This document shows, piece after piece, positions 46,270 through 56,600 of a stretch of 64,000 nt of DNA. The DNA is from a virus (Duplodnaviria; Caudoviricetes), in IMG/VR virus record IMGVR_UViG_3300013414_000359, positions 834 to 64,833 of that record. One strand, given 5' to 3'. Under the pieces are notes generated by a model. It saw only the letters and a program-made list of their open reading frames with translations. It was not told the DNA's origin and did no database searches. The position numbers and the translations under genes were made by a program. The number at the start of each line of letters is the position of its first letter. Positions within the stretch are counted from its first letter, which is position 1.

Positions 46270-46620
46270 TTACACCGGCCGGGTGTTCTTATCGCCCAGC
46301 ACAATAGCGCAGTCACCGGCGGCAGTGCCGCTCACAGTTACCTTGATGAACGGCTTGCAGCCCGCAAGGTCCACATCGAAGTTTGTGACATCGGCAGCGG
46401 TCAGACCCGCAGCCTCGCCGTTGCCTCCGACAAACAGCTTTTCATCGGAGACAGCCTCGAAAGTGCCATCGGCGGTATCGCTGTGGGTGACGACGATTTT
46501 CACATCGCCGTCAGCCTTGGCAGCCACTGCAATCACAGCGGAGAGAAACCCCGCTCTGTCAATAGCGTCGCCCGACTTGTAGGGCAGCACCTTTACATTT
46601 TGGAGAAGTTCTTTCTTCAT
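46270..46620 (-). CDS. Capsid-associated/decoration-like protein
   Basis: 116-aa beta-rich ORF directly after the major capsid gene. Confidence 0.55.
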   Translation of the reverse strand: MKKELLQNVKVLPYKSGDAIDRAGFLSAVIAVAAKADGDVKIVVTHSDTADGTFEAVSDEKLFVGGNGEAAGLTAADVTNFDVDLAGCKPFIKVTVSGTAAGDCAIVLGDKNTRPV

Positions 46621-46642
46621 TGTCTGTTACCTCCTGTTCAGA

Positions 46643-48148
46643 TTAGACGGGTACGGAGACTTTGGTAGCCACCGCAAAGCTCTCATCGTGGCGCAGCCCG
46701 ATGTCCACGTTGTCGATAGCGCGGATAAGGGTCTGGTCGTTCTCGAAAGCGGAGATGATGTTACCGGCATCGTCCGTCCAAGAACCCTCGCGGCTTGTCT
46801 CGATTTCCAGCGCGCCCTGCTCACCAATGATGAGGTCGTTCCAGTTGCCGAACAGAATCTGTGTCTTTCCGGCAGTGGTCTCCAGCAGGTTCGTAGTGCG
46901 GTAAGGATAACCAACGAGGGTGTGGTTCTTGTTCATCTCCTCCGCGAAGATGAAGGAGCCAACATTGTCGCGCAGGGACTTGAAGAACTGCTCTACGCTG
47001 GTGTTGAACACGAAGCCCAAACCGTCAGCGTACACGTTGTTTCTGAGAACAGCGGCGACAAGGTAGTTCGGGAACGCAGCGGTGAGGACACCGGCGTTGC
47101 TCGCGTACTCCGCACCGAGGCTGGTTACGTCAATGGTCTGCACCTTGCTGTTGTTGACGATACCGAGAGGCTGGAACTCGCCGCCCGTACCGAGCAGAGC
47201 GCCCCAATCCACGCCAAGAGCCATCTGCTTGGTGATGTCCTGACCGACGATGACGTCATTGTCAAAGTTGGTGGAGCGGAGCAGGTCGTTGCTCATAGGA
47301 ATGAGAGCGGTCAGCTTCTTCGCAGACAGCTTCAAGTTGCCAAACTTGGGAGCGGTCTTGGGGATTTTGCGGCTCTCACCGTTGAACAGGGCGCGGGAGC
47401 CGGTCTTGAGCTTTGGAATGTTGAGGTTGCCGTTCGCCATACCGAGTCTGCGAGCACCGAGGCTGTAGATAACGGTGGCAGGGTACAGCAGCTCAATGAT
47501 TTCGTTGGCATAAACCTCCGGCACGAGGTAGCCGCCGTCAGAAGGAGAGGTCATGGACAGAGCTTTGAACTCGTGGGCCATCTCAGCGTCCATAAACTTA
47601 TGCTCGGCGGTATATGCCGCCTTTTCGATGTCGCCGTGAGAGGCATTGATGCACTTCACAGCGCGACCGAACATACCGTAAGCGGTCTTGCGGCGCTCAG
47701 GTCCGGTCATAGATTCCATACGAGCCTTAAAGCCCATAGCCTTATCACCTCCGTCACGGCTTGCGCCGGTGGAAATAAACAGATTTGCGTACTTGCGCTG
47801 CGGCTGTGCAGCGGGAGTCTGAGGCTGCGCCACAGGCTCTGCGGATTTGGTCTCGCTTGCGCCGACGCCGGACTTGATGCCCTCCAAAGCCTCGACGACT
47901 TTTGCGATGAGTTCAGGCGTAACTGCGCCGGTATCGGCAGCAGGTTCACCCTCATCGGCTTTCTCACCGTCTTCGTCGGACTCGTCGCCCTCAACGGCTC
48001 CGAGAACCTCTGTCAGCGCACCGAGGATTTCATCGGTGCTGATACCTTCGATTTCACCCTCAGCTTCTTTGAGCGACTTGCGCTTCTCGTCGAGATTGGC
48101 GAACACCTTTGCGATAAGCTCTGCGAGCTGTTCCTGAGTCAATTTCAT
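46643..48148 (-). CDS. Major capsid protein (HK97 fold) with an N-terminal scaffold region
   Basis: DGGYLVPE, KKLTALIPMS..LL, PLGI, LVGYP, ILFGNW. Confidence 0.92.
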   Translation of the reverse strand: MKLTQEQLAELIAKVFANLDEKRKSLKEAEGEIEGISTDEILGALTEVLGAVEGDESDEDGEKADEGEPAADTGAVTPELIAKVVEALEGIKSGVGASETKSAEPVAQPQTPAAQPQRKYANLFISTGASRDGGDKAMGFKARMESMTGPERRKTAYGMFGRAVKCINASHGDIEKAAYTAEHKFMDAEMAHEFKALSMTSPSDGGYLVPEVYANEIIELLYPATVIYSLGARRLGMANGNLNIPKLKTGSRALFNGESRKIPKTAPKFGNLKLSAKKLTALIPMSNDLLRSTNFDNDVIVGQDITKQMALGVDWGALLGTGGEFQPLGIVNNSKVQTIDVTSLGAEYASNAGVLTAAFPNYLVAAVLRNNVYADGLGFVFNTSVEQFFKSLRDNVGSFIFAEEMNKNHTLVGYPYRTTNLLETTAGKTQILFGNWNDLIIGEQGALEIETSREGSWTDDAGNIISAFENDQTLIRAIDNVDIGLRHDESFAVATKVSVPV

Positions 48149-48164
48149 TTCAAATTACCTCCTG

Positions 48165-48896
48165 TTATTTGTGAGTTGACGGGACAATCTCAAAGACTAT
48201 CCCAGCGGATTTGGCTTGCTTCTTGATGTTGTTCTGTGTGGGCGGGTCTTCGGGCTGCGGTGTTGCGGGCGGTTCCAAGAACGGTCCGAGAATGTCTGCC
48301 AGTTCTCTCACCACAGCGATGAACGGTTTGAGTGCGTCAAGTCTTGCGCGAGTGATTTTGCCGCTCTTGGCTTCGGTTTTTAGTTCCTCCACCAAAGATT
48401 TGACTTCATCAATCTTTGCCTCCTCGTTCATCGCCCAAGTGACGATGGAGACTTCCCACAGCCTGATTTCTTTCAGATGTCGGACGCCCTGTTCGTTGTC
48501 GAAATCAAAGGCTACGGCATCGTAGCCAATCGACATCTCAGTCAGCACACCGTCTTTCAACAGCGTCTGAATGTCGCGCCCTTTCTGCGTGTTGCTGATT
48601 TTGCCGCGAATGTAAAGACCCTTTTCATCTTCGCGTAACTCAAGCGGCTTACCAATCGGCAGTTCGCAATTGTTGTGCTGCGACAAAATCTTGATACGGT
48701 CGAAGTCTTCTGCGATGGTTTTCGTGAATGCACCCTTCTCAATGACATCACCGCCGCTGTCTCGGTTTCCGAATACAGCAGCATATCCAGAGAACTCACC
48801 GCTTTCGTCCGTGCTTTCCAGCTCGAACTTGAAAGCCTTGCGCTCACGCACCGCCGCATCCGGCTTCTTTTTGCCAGCGGGCTGTTTCTTTGCCAT
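48165..48896 (-). CDS. HK97-family prohead protease
   Basis: FSGYAAVF..D..GDVI..GAF, LSQHN, MSIGY, LWEVSIV..AMN. Confidence 0.92.
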   Translation of the reverse strand: MAKKQPAGKKKPDAAVRERKAFKFELESTDESGEFSGYAAVFGNRDSGGDVIEKGAFTKTIAEDFDRIKILSQHNNCELPIGKPLELREDEKGLYIRGKISNTQKGRDIQTLLKDGVLTEMSIGYDAVAFDFDNEQGVRHLKEIRLWEVSIVTWAMNEEAKIDEVKSLVEELKTEAKSGKITRARLDALKPFIAVVRELADILGPFLEPPATPQPEDPPTQNNIKKQAKSAGIVFEIVPSTHK

Positions 48897-48932
48897 ACGG
48901 TTTCCTCCTTCCTATTGAGATTGGGGCAATTC

Positions 48933-51059
48933 TTAAAAACCACCGTATGTCAGATAACATCGGCAGTTGATAAGCTCCTCTGGACGACCATCATCGGGGT
49001 CTCGCGGATAGCGGAGACCGTTGGAGAATTTGCCGTCGATAGGGACGGTCTCGCCCTCAAGGGCAACGTGATTGGGTTGCCCACGCGAACCGTCTCTTGG
49101 GTTCTTCTGTGGCCTGTGATGCCACGTTTTAGTCTTAGCGCCCGCAGACCGCATCATATCGAATTGACCTGTGGCGAGCGCAGTCATTGTCTCTTGACGG
49201 GCAATCAGCTTTACCCTTGTTTGGGACACGTTCATCTCAGCCTGAATGGTTTTCCGAAGCTCGGACTGGCTTACGCCGTTGGAGACGCAATCGGAGATGA
49301 TGTCAGCGATTTTGTCTCTTGTGGTGCGCTGAATGCCTGTAATGCGCTTGCCGCCGTTAATTTTGGCGGCAGAAACGAACTCAGGGCGTTCAATGCCGAA
49401 CAGCCCGTAGCTCTCCTCGCTGTGTTTCACGCCGTCATCGTAAGCCTTTTTCCATAACGGTCTGAATATCTCGTTCAGCTTTTTGGCTTCGTCGTTCCAG
49501 TTAAGCAGTCCGGCAGCAACGCTTTCGGAGAGGCGCAGCCGCTCCTCCTCGGTCAATGCCTCCCACAATTCCTGATTGAATGACCCATCGGGCAAAATAT
49601 ACTGTTCTAACTGCGAGAAGACGGACTGCTGCTCATCGGCTTTCGTAGTCAAGCCAAGCGCTCTTGTAATCTCGGCTTGCTGCTCTGCAAAATGCCGTGA
49701 AACGGCAGACTCAAAGAGCCGCACATTCTCACGCACGAGCTGGTCTTCATTTCGGAGCGCAGCGGTCAGATTTACCCGCCTTGCTTTCTTCTCGCCGTGT
49801 TCGTCCTCGCCGTCAAAAGAGACGAACTGGTCCTCTTGGAGCAAGGTCTGCGACACCTCGGCAGGGTCATCGGTTTCCCGCAGGAACAGGTCGTTGATGG
49901 ACACCTTAAACACATCACCGCCCTCAATGTCCGCAAGGTCTAACAGATTGCGGGCCTCGTTCTTGGTGATAAGTCCGGCGTCATAGGCTTCGAGGGCTTT
50001 CGCTTTGTCGAAGTCCTTGTCGTAGGGTATGACAGCATCGAACCGCCAGATAAGGTCGCAGCCGAACATCGGGAGCAGCTGCTTGTTGATAGCTTCTTCG
50101 CGGCTCTTGATGCGCGGCGTCAGCACATTCTTTGCGTAGATGTACTGTGCGCTGTCAGCTGTCGCACGGTTGCTGTTCTCGGTGATGCCCATTATTTCAC
50201 GAGGCACACCGAAGTGTTCCAGCACCGCATCACGCATAGCAATTCGGCTGTCAACAAAGGCGAGGTTCTTGCTGCCCGTATCGCCAAGCTCCTTTATCTC
50301 GACATTGCCGGAGAGGGCGGCAACACGATGGCTGTTGTCCACGCCTCGGAACTTTTGGTTCCATCGGGCGAGAAAACCATCGCGCTGTTCGTCCGTAGCG
50401 TCCGGCATAAGGAATACCGTCGGCGGCGTTGCGTCGTTATAGAAGAAACGCTTTTGGAACTTGGCAGCGTATTCGTCGATTTCCACCTCGTCTGCGATGC
50501 TTTGGGCGATACCCAAGCCGCGCATAAACGGGTCGAGCGGGTTAAGCTGCTTCATCACGAACATATCGTCTACAGGAACGGTCATGCTCAAGCCGCCGGG
50601 GGAGATTATCTGATAGGTGGGGTTGCCGAGGTACGGCGTCATCTTTACCCAATGGGGCGGCACATTCCACAGCTCCGTAGGTACGCCTTGTTCGTTTCGC
50701 TCGATGAGGAAGAAACTTTCCCCCACAAGGAGCAGATAAATCTCGTGGAGCCGCCATACCGCCGAGCTTGTCATCTCGTACAGCGGATTGGGCTGCTCCA
50801 TAAAGTCCAAGAATGGGTGGCTTGTAATCTCGGTCTCCGAGCCGTCCTCGTTGACACGCAGCAGCCTACCGCTGACATTTGCAATGTCGCTGGCAATTCG
50901 GTCTACTACAGCCAAGCGAGGGCTTTTTGAAAACATATCCAGCCATTCGGAAGTGTTCATAGAGGGCGGTCTTGCCCAGCGTGAAACGAAGCTGCCGCGC
51001 CTGTCGGTATACTCGTCCCGCACCTTGCGTCGATTGATTTCAATGTTAAATAGTCTCAA
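48933..51059 (-). CDS. Portal protein fused to a MuF (SPP1 gp7-like) domain
   Basis: HK97-type portal N-terminal ~400 aa; C-terminal LIARQET...KTWH...HVALEG...LRYP.D...INCRC. Confidence 0.85.
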   Translation of the reverse strand: MRLFNIEINRRKVRDEYTDRRGSFVSRWARPPSMNTSEWLDMFSKSPRLAVVDRIASDIANVSGRLLRVNEDGSETEITSHPFLDFMEQPNPLYEMTSSAVWRLHEIYLLLVGESFFLIERNEQGVPTELWNVPPHWVKMTPYLGNPTYQIISPGGLSMTVPVDDMFVMKQLNPLDPFMRGLGIAQSIADEVEIDEYAAKFQKRFFYNDATPPTVFLMPDATDEQRDGFLARWNQKFRGVDNSHRVAALSGNVEIKELGDTGSKNLAFVDSRIAMRDAVLEHFGVPREIMGITENSNRATADSAQYIYAKNVLTPRIKSREEAINKQLLPMFGCDLIWRFDAVIPYDKDFDKAKALEAYDAGLITKNEARNLLDLADIEGGDVFKVSINDLFLRETDDPAEVSQTLLQEDQFVSFDGEDEHGEKKARRVNLTAALRNEDQLVRENVRLFESAVSRHFAEQQAEITRALGLTTKADEQQSVFSQLEQYILPDGSFNQELWEALTEEERLRLSESVAAGLLNWNDEAKKLNEIFRPLWKKAYDDGVKHSEESYGLFGIERPEFVSAAKINGGKRITGIQRTTRDKIADIISDCVSNGVSQSELRKTIQAEMNVSQTRVKLIARQETMTALATGQFDMMRSAGAKTKTWHHRPQKNPRDGSRGQPNHVALEGETVPIDGKFSNGLRYPRDPDDGRPEELINCRCYLTYGGF

Positions 51060-51070
51060 GTCTTATCACC

Positions 51071-52534
51071 TCACAGAGAGAAGCCAAATTCGGGCTTGCT
51101 GATTTCCAGTTCCAAGTATGCGTTTGCCGAGGCATCGACCATATCTTTCAGTTTGCCAACCGGGAAGTTCTCTAATTGCCTGAAATACTCGTCGTTCCAT
51201 TCGGCAGTCCGCACATCTACATTACCGGCAAGCCACTGTGAGGAAAATGGTTCTGCACGAGTGACCTTATCCCCGCTTTCGAGTGCGGTAGTTACGGTGT
51301 AGCCGCCAAGCATTCGGACGAAGCTCTGCGCTTGGTCCTTGCCCGCCTGTCCGGGGTCTTGCGGCAATCGGATTGTCACATTGCCATACAGGGCTTTATC
51401 GCTGGCAGCAGTATTCAGTATGAGCTGACGCACATCAGCGCCGTTTTCGCGGACGTTGATAACATCAGCCACAAACACGCGCCCATTGCGGCGCTTGCCG
51501 AGCAGTACGCCAGCGGTGTATGCGCTGCCGTCTCTGCGGCTGTTCTGCCGCATAGCTTGCGGCATACCCTCGGACTCGTCCAGCTCGTCGGGAGCCGTTG
51601 CCGCCAAGTCCCACGCTCTGACCCACTTGATAACATCGGTAGGTGTGGAGGTGAGCATCTGCCCGACCTTTGCGCGTTTGAAGTAATGCCCCGCAGACCG
51701 TCTGATTTTCCAGTTACCGTTAAGCAGCTGCTCTTGGTCGAACTCGGACATCGCTTTCAAAGCACCGATATAGCCGGGGTCATGCTTCAACATCGCCTCG
51801 TTGTCGGTGAGCTTTGCGCTGATAAAGGAAACGGACTTGACTTCTTCCAGCTCCTCCGGCTTTCGCAAATCGAAGGTATTGTACAATTCCTGCGGTGTGT
51901 CAGCCCAATGGATAATGTTGTTGCGACGGACGAAATACCGCAGCTTACCGCAGCGGCTCTCGTCAGCGTAGCCAGTTTCAGGGTCAATCCACCAGTCGAT
52001 GAACTTCGCCACCCAGCTTTCGCCGTCAGGGTTGCAGGTCGCCCGAATGTAGGGCTTTACGCCACAGGTGGAGCGGTTACGGGAGAACATATAAAAGAAC
52101 TGGCTCTCGGTAAAGTGAGTCAGCTCGTCAAACATCAGCAGAGGTATCTGAGAACCCTGCCAGTTATATTTCTCTTTCTCGTAGAACATATGGGCGAATG
52201 TGATTTTCGCCCCTGTTTCAAACCGCCACTGAACATTCGGGGTCAGGACGCTCGTTGCGCCCAAGTAAGGGTAAATCTCTTGGCTGGTGGCATACAAGCC
52301 ACCGGCGCTCATTATCTGAGGACGGGACTGACGGAATATGACCGCCTCGAAGTGCTTATGGTCGATGTACCGCAAGCACTCAAGCAATAAGGCGTAGGTC
52401 TTACCGCCGCCAGCCGCGCCGCCGTAAATGCAAATATCCGCAGGTGAACGAAGAAACAGCTCCTGCTTGCCCTGCTGCGGTCTGATAATCATTGCTCCGT
52501 TATTTTCAGGAGCTTTCTCACGTTTTCTTCCCAT
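51071..52534 (-). CDS. Terminase large subunit
   Basis: YGGAAGGGKT, LMFDELT, RATCNP, RAWDLAA, DMVDA. Confidence 0.92.
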   Translation of the reverse strand: MGRKREKAPENNGAMIIRPQQGKQELFLRSPADICIYGGAAGGGKTYALLLECLRYIDHKHFEAVIFRQSRPQIMSAGGLYATSQEIYPYLGATSVLTPNVQWRFETGAKITFAHMFYEKEKYNWQGSQIPLLMFDELTHFTESQFFYMFSRNRSTCGVKPYIRATCNPDGESWVAKFIDWWIDPETGYADESRCGKLRYFVRRNNIIHWADTPQELYNTFDLRKPEELEEVKSVSFISAKLTDNEAMLKHDPGYIGALKAMSEFDQEQLLNGNWKIRRSAGHYFKRAKVGQMLTSTPTDVIKWVRAWDLAATAPDELDESEGMPQAMRQNSRRDGSAYTAGVLLGKRRNGRVFVADVINVRENGADVRQLILNTAASDKALYGNVTIRLPQDPGQAGKDQAQSFVRMLGGYTVTTALESGDKVTRAEPFSSQWLAGNVDVRTAEWNDEYFRQLENFPVGKLKDMVDASANAYLELEISKPEFGFSL

Positions 52535-52946
52535 TGTTTTTACCCGCCTCCGTATCTGTGGCTGGCAAGTAAATCTGAACTTGTGGCTGAACAGAGGTGA
52601 GTGTGCCAGAGATTTCAGCTTTCGTTGTCTTCCGGTCGTTGAAGAACTCACCGCCGTAAATCTTCAAGGCGTATATGATAGCGGTCGTGTCACCGCTGGA
52701 CACCCGCTCCATCAGCTTGTTCTGGCACATCGCCACAACAGAGAGCCGCCCGTTCTTTATGGCTTTCAGCAACGCCGGGTGTTCTTTTTGGAGGTAAAGC
52801 AGTGTTCTTTTGGAGATGTCGAACGCTTCGGCAATCTCTGCTATGGATTTGCCTTGCATCGACAGAGACTGCACAACCGCAAGATTTGTCTCTACCTCCC
52901 CGGATTCAACCCACTGCTCAAAGAGGTCCTTCCTTGCCTTAGACAT
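52518..52946 (-). CDS. Terminase small subunit-like HTH protein
   Basis: HTH SIAEIAEAFDISKRTL; GDTTAIIYALK; directly upstream of terL. Confidence 0.7.
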   Translation of the reverse strand: MSKARKDLFEQWVESGEVETNLAVVQSLSMQGKSIAEIAEAFDISKRTLLYLQKEHPALLKAIKNGRLSVVAMCQNKLMERVSSGDTTAIIYALKIYGGEFFNDRKTTKAEISGTLTSVQPQVQIYLPATDTEAGKNNGKKT

Positions 52947-54342
52947 ACCTCTCCGCAACCTTTTCGATTAGCGCGGCCAGTAACCCCCTGTGCTTGTTGT
53001 GTTTGAATCCGTTGGGGTATTCGATGTTCAATTCCTTTTCCAGATACTCCTCGTAGACTTCCATCGGGAGCTGCTTCGGATGCGAACAGGCACAATAAAT
53101 ATAACCCGCCGTGCAGGACAGCACCAGAACCTCCTCGAAGTATTCCTCAAGCAGAGCAACGTAGCTCTCTCTCGTGTGGAACTTCTGCTTGAACACGATA
53201 CCGTTTGTCACGCCGAGCGTGTAGTTCTTGTCATCAAGATACCACAGGCAGTCTCCCGCTCCGGCAGACAGTTTAGTCTTTTCGTATGCCTTTTCGACAT
53301 ACGCAATGTTTCGGGTACAGGTAATCAGCGTACCCGTAGATTTCAGGACAGCGTTACAGGTCGTGAGGACTGCCTTTTCAAAGTCGTCGTCCACGACAGA
53401 GTTAATCACCGCCTCCAACACGCACCAGTCAAACAGACCGTTACGCTTGACCTCTTTCTCGGCGTTGAGAATGTTGGCGATGATGCCCTTCATATCCAGC
53501 TTGTTCGCGCCTTTCACCATCAAGGACGGCTCGTAAGCGTGCATATTGTAGCCCTTGGATTTCAGCAGCTTGACATAAGCCATTCTGCCAGCGCCGATGT
53601 CGATAGCGCTGTCGGTCTTCTGCAAGCGCGGAATTAGGTATTTCTCATAAAGAACGGAAGTGTTCGACTGCCTACCGTCCGTACTCAGTCGCTTCGGCTG
53701 CGCCAAGAACTGGTGGTAGGTCTTCACGCCGAGGTTGTCAAAATTGTACTTGCCGTACTCGACGCCCATACACTCAAGGAACTCCTGCACGTCCTCGTTC
53801 GGGATAGCATAGACAAGAACACCGTAGCCCAGCTTCTTGGAGCAGTAAGCGTACTCGGCGTTCAAAATCACGTTGCCGTCGCCGTCCGTAACCACGCTGC
53901 CCCACTCGCCGTAGCGAGACATCAGCTTGGTGATTTCGGAGCAGATAAGCACGTTCTTCGGCTCGCTGTCGATGCTGATTTTGTCAGACGGGCAGTAGTG
54001 GTAGCCGTTGACCTCAAACTCGTCAAGGCGAACAGTTGTTTTGCTCGTCTCAATCGAGTTGTGCATAAGGTTGAACAGAATTTCGTCCTGCAAATTCGGG
54101 CTATTTATCTTGATGCACGGCAGGTATTCCAGCCCAATCGCCGTAGCCGCTTTCTTTCGCTGGTGTCCGGCAGTAATAACATTGTTCGAGGCGTTTACAA
54201 TCAGCGGCTTCACCATTCCGAACCGTCTGATGCTGTATTGCAGCTTCTCTAACGCCTCGTCAGTGATAGCACGGGGGTTGTATTCAGACCCTGTTACGCT
54301 GTCGATAGGTACTCTTTCCACAAAATCAATCACGGTTCTCAA
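52939..54342 (-). CDS. ParB-like N-terminal domain fused to a class I SAM-dependent methyltransferase
   Basis: YNPR...SIRRFGMVKPLIV...ITAGHQR; IDIGAG; VLEAVINSV. Confidence 0.75.
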   Translation of the reverse strand: MRTVIDFVERVPIDSVTGSEYNPRAITDEALEKLQYSIRRFGMVKPLIVNASNNVITAGHQRKKAATAIGLEYLPCIKINSPNLQDEILFNLMHNSIETSKTTVRLDEFEVNGYHYCPSDKISIDSEPKNVLICSEITKLMSRYGEWGSVVTDGDGNVILNAEYAYCSKKLGYGVLVYAIPNEDVQEFLECMGVEYGKYNFDNLGVKTYHQFLAQPKRLSTDGRQSNTSVLYEKYLIPRLQKTDSAIDIGAGRMAYVKLLKSKGYNMHAYEPSLMVKGANKLDMKGIIANILNAEKEVKRNGLFDWCVLEAVINSVVDDDFEKAVLTTCNAVLKSTGTLITCTRNIAYVEKAYEKTKLSAGAGDCLWYLDDKNYTLGVTNGIVFKQKFHTRESYVALLEEYFEEVLVLSCTAGYIYCACSHPKQLPMEVYEEYLEKELNIEYPNGFKHNKHRGLLAALIEKVAERYV

Positions 54343-55174
54343 CTCCCTTCAAGAGATAGTTGGCAAAGCTGCCTTTCAGGATTTCGCCGGAGTCGATGTA
54401 CTCCGCATACTTCGCGTTCAACCTGTCAAGCTCCACCTGTGAGATGAAGAACGACACATCGCCAAAGCGGAACTGACAAAACGGCAGCACGGCTTTGGAT
54501 TTCTTCGGCTCGTTTGCGGCGGCAGGAGCGTCCTCCGGCACTTCGATGTTCGTGCCGTCAGGCGTAGCCTCTGCGGTAAACGCTGCGGGCTGTTCAGCAT
54601 ACCCGTCGTCTTCCTGCGGCTCTGCAACAGGCGCGGCAGTTTCAATTTCGTCATCAGCCGTTTCAACTTCATCATTTTCGCGGTTGATGATGGTGCTGAC
54701 GGAGGGCTTTTTCTCCTTGGGCTTGTCGTTGACGCCCATGAAGTTAAAAGCGGGGATTTTGATTTCAGCCTGTTCCGGCTCGATGTCGAATACCTCTGCG
54801 CTCAGTTCAAACCGTTCGAGCAGCAGTTGGTTTTCTTCCAGCGTCAGGTCAATCATTTCAAGCTCGTCCTTGAGCTTCTCGAAATCCCAATCGCTGTACT
54901 CGCTGGTCTTGTTGTCCACGAGACGGAAGAAGTTTATTTGCTCCTCGGTCAGCTCGTCAGCAATAATGCAGGGAACGGACTGTATGCCGAGTTCACGACA
55001 GGCGCGGACTCGCGTATGACCCGCCACGATGACATAGTTCATATCTACGATGACCGGCACGAGGAAACCAAAGCGTTCGATGCTGTACTTGACCTTTTCG
55101 ACAGCCAAATCATTGTTACGAGGATTGTTCTCGTATTCTCTCAACCTTGAGGTTGCAATCTCTCTGATGTTCAT
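54326..55174 (-). CDS. ParB/Srx-domain protein
   Basis: YENNPR...SIERFGF..PVIV...IVAGHTR..A...DNKTSE. Confidence 0.8.
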   Translation of the reverse strand: MNIREIATSRLREYENNPRNNDLAVEKVKYSIERFGFLVPVIVDMNYVIVAGHTRVRACRELGIQSVPCIIADELTEEQINFFRLVDNKTSEYSDWDFEKLKDELEMIDLTLEENQLLLERFELSAEVFDIEPEQAEIKIPAFNFMGVNDKPKEKKPSVSTIINRENDEVETADDEIETAAPVAEPQEDDGYAEQPAAFTAEATPDGTNIEVPEDAPAAANEPKKSKAVLPFCQFRFGDVSFFISQVELDRLNAKYAEYIDSGEILKGSFANYLLKGVENRD

Positions 55175-55698
55175 TCGTCTTTCCCTCCCGTCAGATAGAG
55201 GACAAACCCCATATAGGTCTTGTTCTCAGCGATGTACGCATCGTACACGGCTTTCAAACGGTTGTACTCGTCCTCGGTGATAGGCAGCTCATTACCGCCG
55301 AAAATAAGCATCTTGTTCTGCTGGAAGAACTGGCGGTCACGGTTCGGTGTGAAGAATGTAGTCTTGAAATCCAGACCGATACCGTTCAGCTCCTGATGGA
55401 GCTTGCCAACGTCCCACGTTGAATACTCGTGGCTCTTGTTGTCGATAATTCGAGCCAGCTTCGCGTCCTCCTCGGACAAGTCCTGTACGATACAGGGGAC
55501 TTCTTCAAGTCCAAGCTGCAAGGCAGCTTTCAGGCGGGTATGCCCCGATATGATGACGTTGTTTGGGTCAATCAAAATCGGATTAAGGAAACCGAACTCT
55601 TTGATACTCTCGGCAACCTTTGCCACGCCAGCGTCATTGCGTCGGGCGTTCCCCTCATACTCGATGAGTTCACCCACAGGTTTGTAGATTACTTCCAT
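55171..55698 (-). CDS. ParB/Srx-domain protein
   Basis: YEGNAR...SIKEFGF.NPILI...IISGHTR..A...DNKSHE. Confidence 0.8.
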   Translation of the reverse strand: MEVIYKPVGELIEYEGNARRNDAGVAKVAESIKEFGFLNPILIDPNNVIISGHTRLKAALQLGLEEVPCIVQDLSEEDAKLARIIDNKSHEYSTWDVGKLHQELNGIGLDFKTTFFTPNRDRQFFQQNKMLIFGGNELPITEDEYNRLKAVYDAYIAENKTYMGFVLYLTGGKDE

Positions 55699-55726
55699 GA
55701 AATCTGTCCTCCTTTTGTAGTAAACA

Positions 55727-55757
55727 AAAAAATGGCCTCCGCAGCTTAACGGAGGCC
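55727..55757 (-). terminator. Terminator between DUF1848 and the ParB/terminase operon
   Basis: GGCCTCCG-TTAAGCTG-CGGAGGCC then ATTTTTTGTTT on the minus strand. Confidence 0.65.
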
Positions 55758-55763
55758 AATCTT

Positions 55764-56600
55764 TTAGTTCCTCTGTTTAATTGTCTCATTCCCCGTCAGG
55801 GGAGGTCCAAGCAAGTCCGAATGGACATCGGGCGGCTCTTGGACATAGCCGTAATGGTTTGCGTAACAGTAAGCGCAGCCGTTGCTGCAAGTGCTGTACG
55901 CGCCAATATCCACGCTTTCAACGCAGCCGCACAAACCGCGCTGGTTTCGGTCTTTTGGTTTGTTCACACCGAATATCTCGCCGTCAACACAACAGGATTG
56001 AGCAATACCCAAATCCTCCGCGCAAGCAGACAGGACCATTCCGTGCGCGGCGGCAATCTCTGAAAGCTGCTGCGCCAGTTCCCGCTGCTGCTCCTGTGTG
56101 AGAAGGGTGATGCCGAGAGGCCGCAGGTCTACGGTGCGGTAGCTGTCAACAAAGCTCATCACCGCTTTATGCGTATGACCTTCCAGCTCCTCGGCAATCT
56201 TTGTAAAAGCTCTGATGTGGTAGTCCCAAGTATATCGCTCGTTTATGAATACGGGGTCATACCGCCAGATAGCTTTATCAGCCCCGATTTTCTTGAACGC
56301 AGGAATCACGACCTCGTGCTTATCGGGAATGTTCTTCTCAACATCTCGACCGTATGGCGTGATTGTGTATTGGAAGTAGTATTTGAACTCGTCCAGCTCG
56401 TGAAGTCTCGGCAGCATAGGCGCTGCGTTCTTCGTCCAAAAGACAAACCCGTCTACTTTGTCGGGCGTGAGTGTCACACGCCCGACTTGTAGAGGGTTGT
56501 ATGGGTTTCTAAGGAGGACAAATCCTTTCCCAACACGATTGTAAAACCACTCGGAAAATAACGCCGGAATATCTGTCCGTCTGCTTGCACTCACAATCAT
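55764..56600 (-). CDS. DUF1848-family protein (radical-SAM/photolyase-like Cys cluster)
   Basis: MIVSASRRTDIPA, VFWTKN, WRYDP, CGCVESVDIGAYSTCSNGCAYCYAN. Confidence 0.88.
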   Translation of the reverse strand: MIVSASRRTDIPALFSEWFYNRVGKGFVLLRNPYNPLQVGRVTLTPDKVDGFVFWTKNAAPMLPRLHELDEFKYYFQYTITPYGRDVEKNIPDKHEVVIPAFKKIGADKAIWRYDPVFINERYTWDYHIRAFTKIAEELEGHTHKAVMSFVDSYRTVDLRPLGITLLTQEQQRELAQQLSEIAAAHGMVLSACAEDLGIAQSCCVDGEIFGVNKPKDRNQRGLCGCVESVDIGAYSTCSNGCAYCYANHYGYVQEPPDVHSDLLGPPLTGNETIKQRN

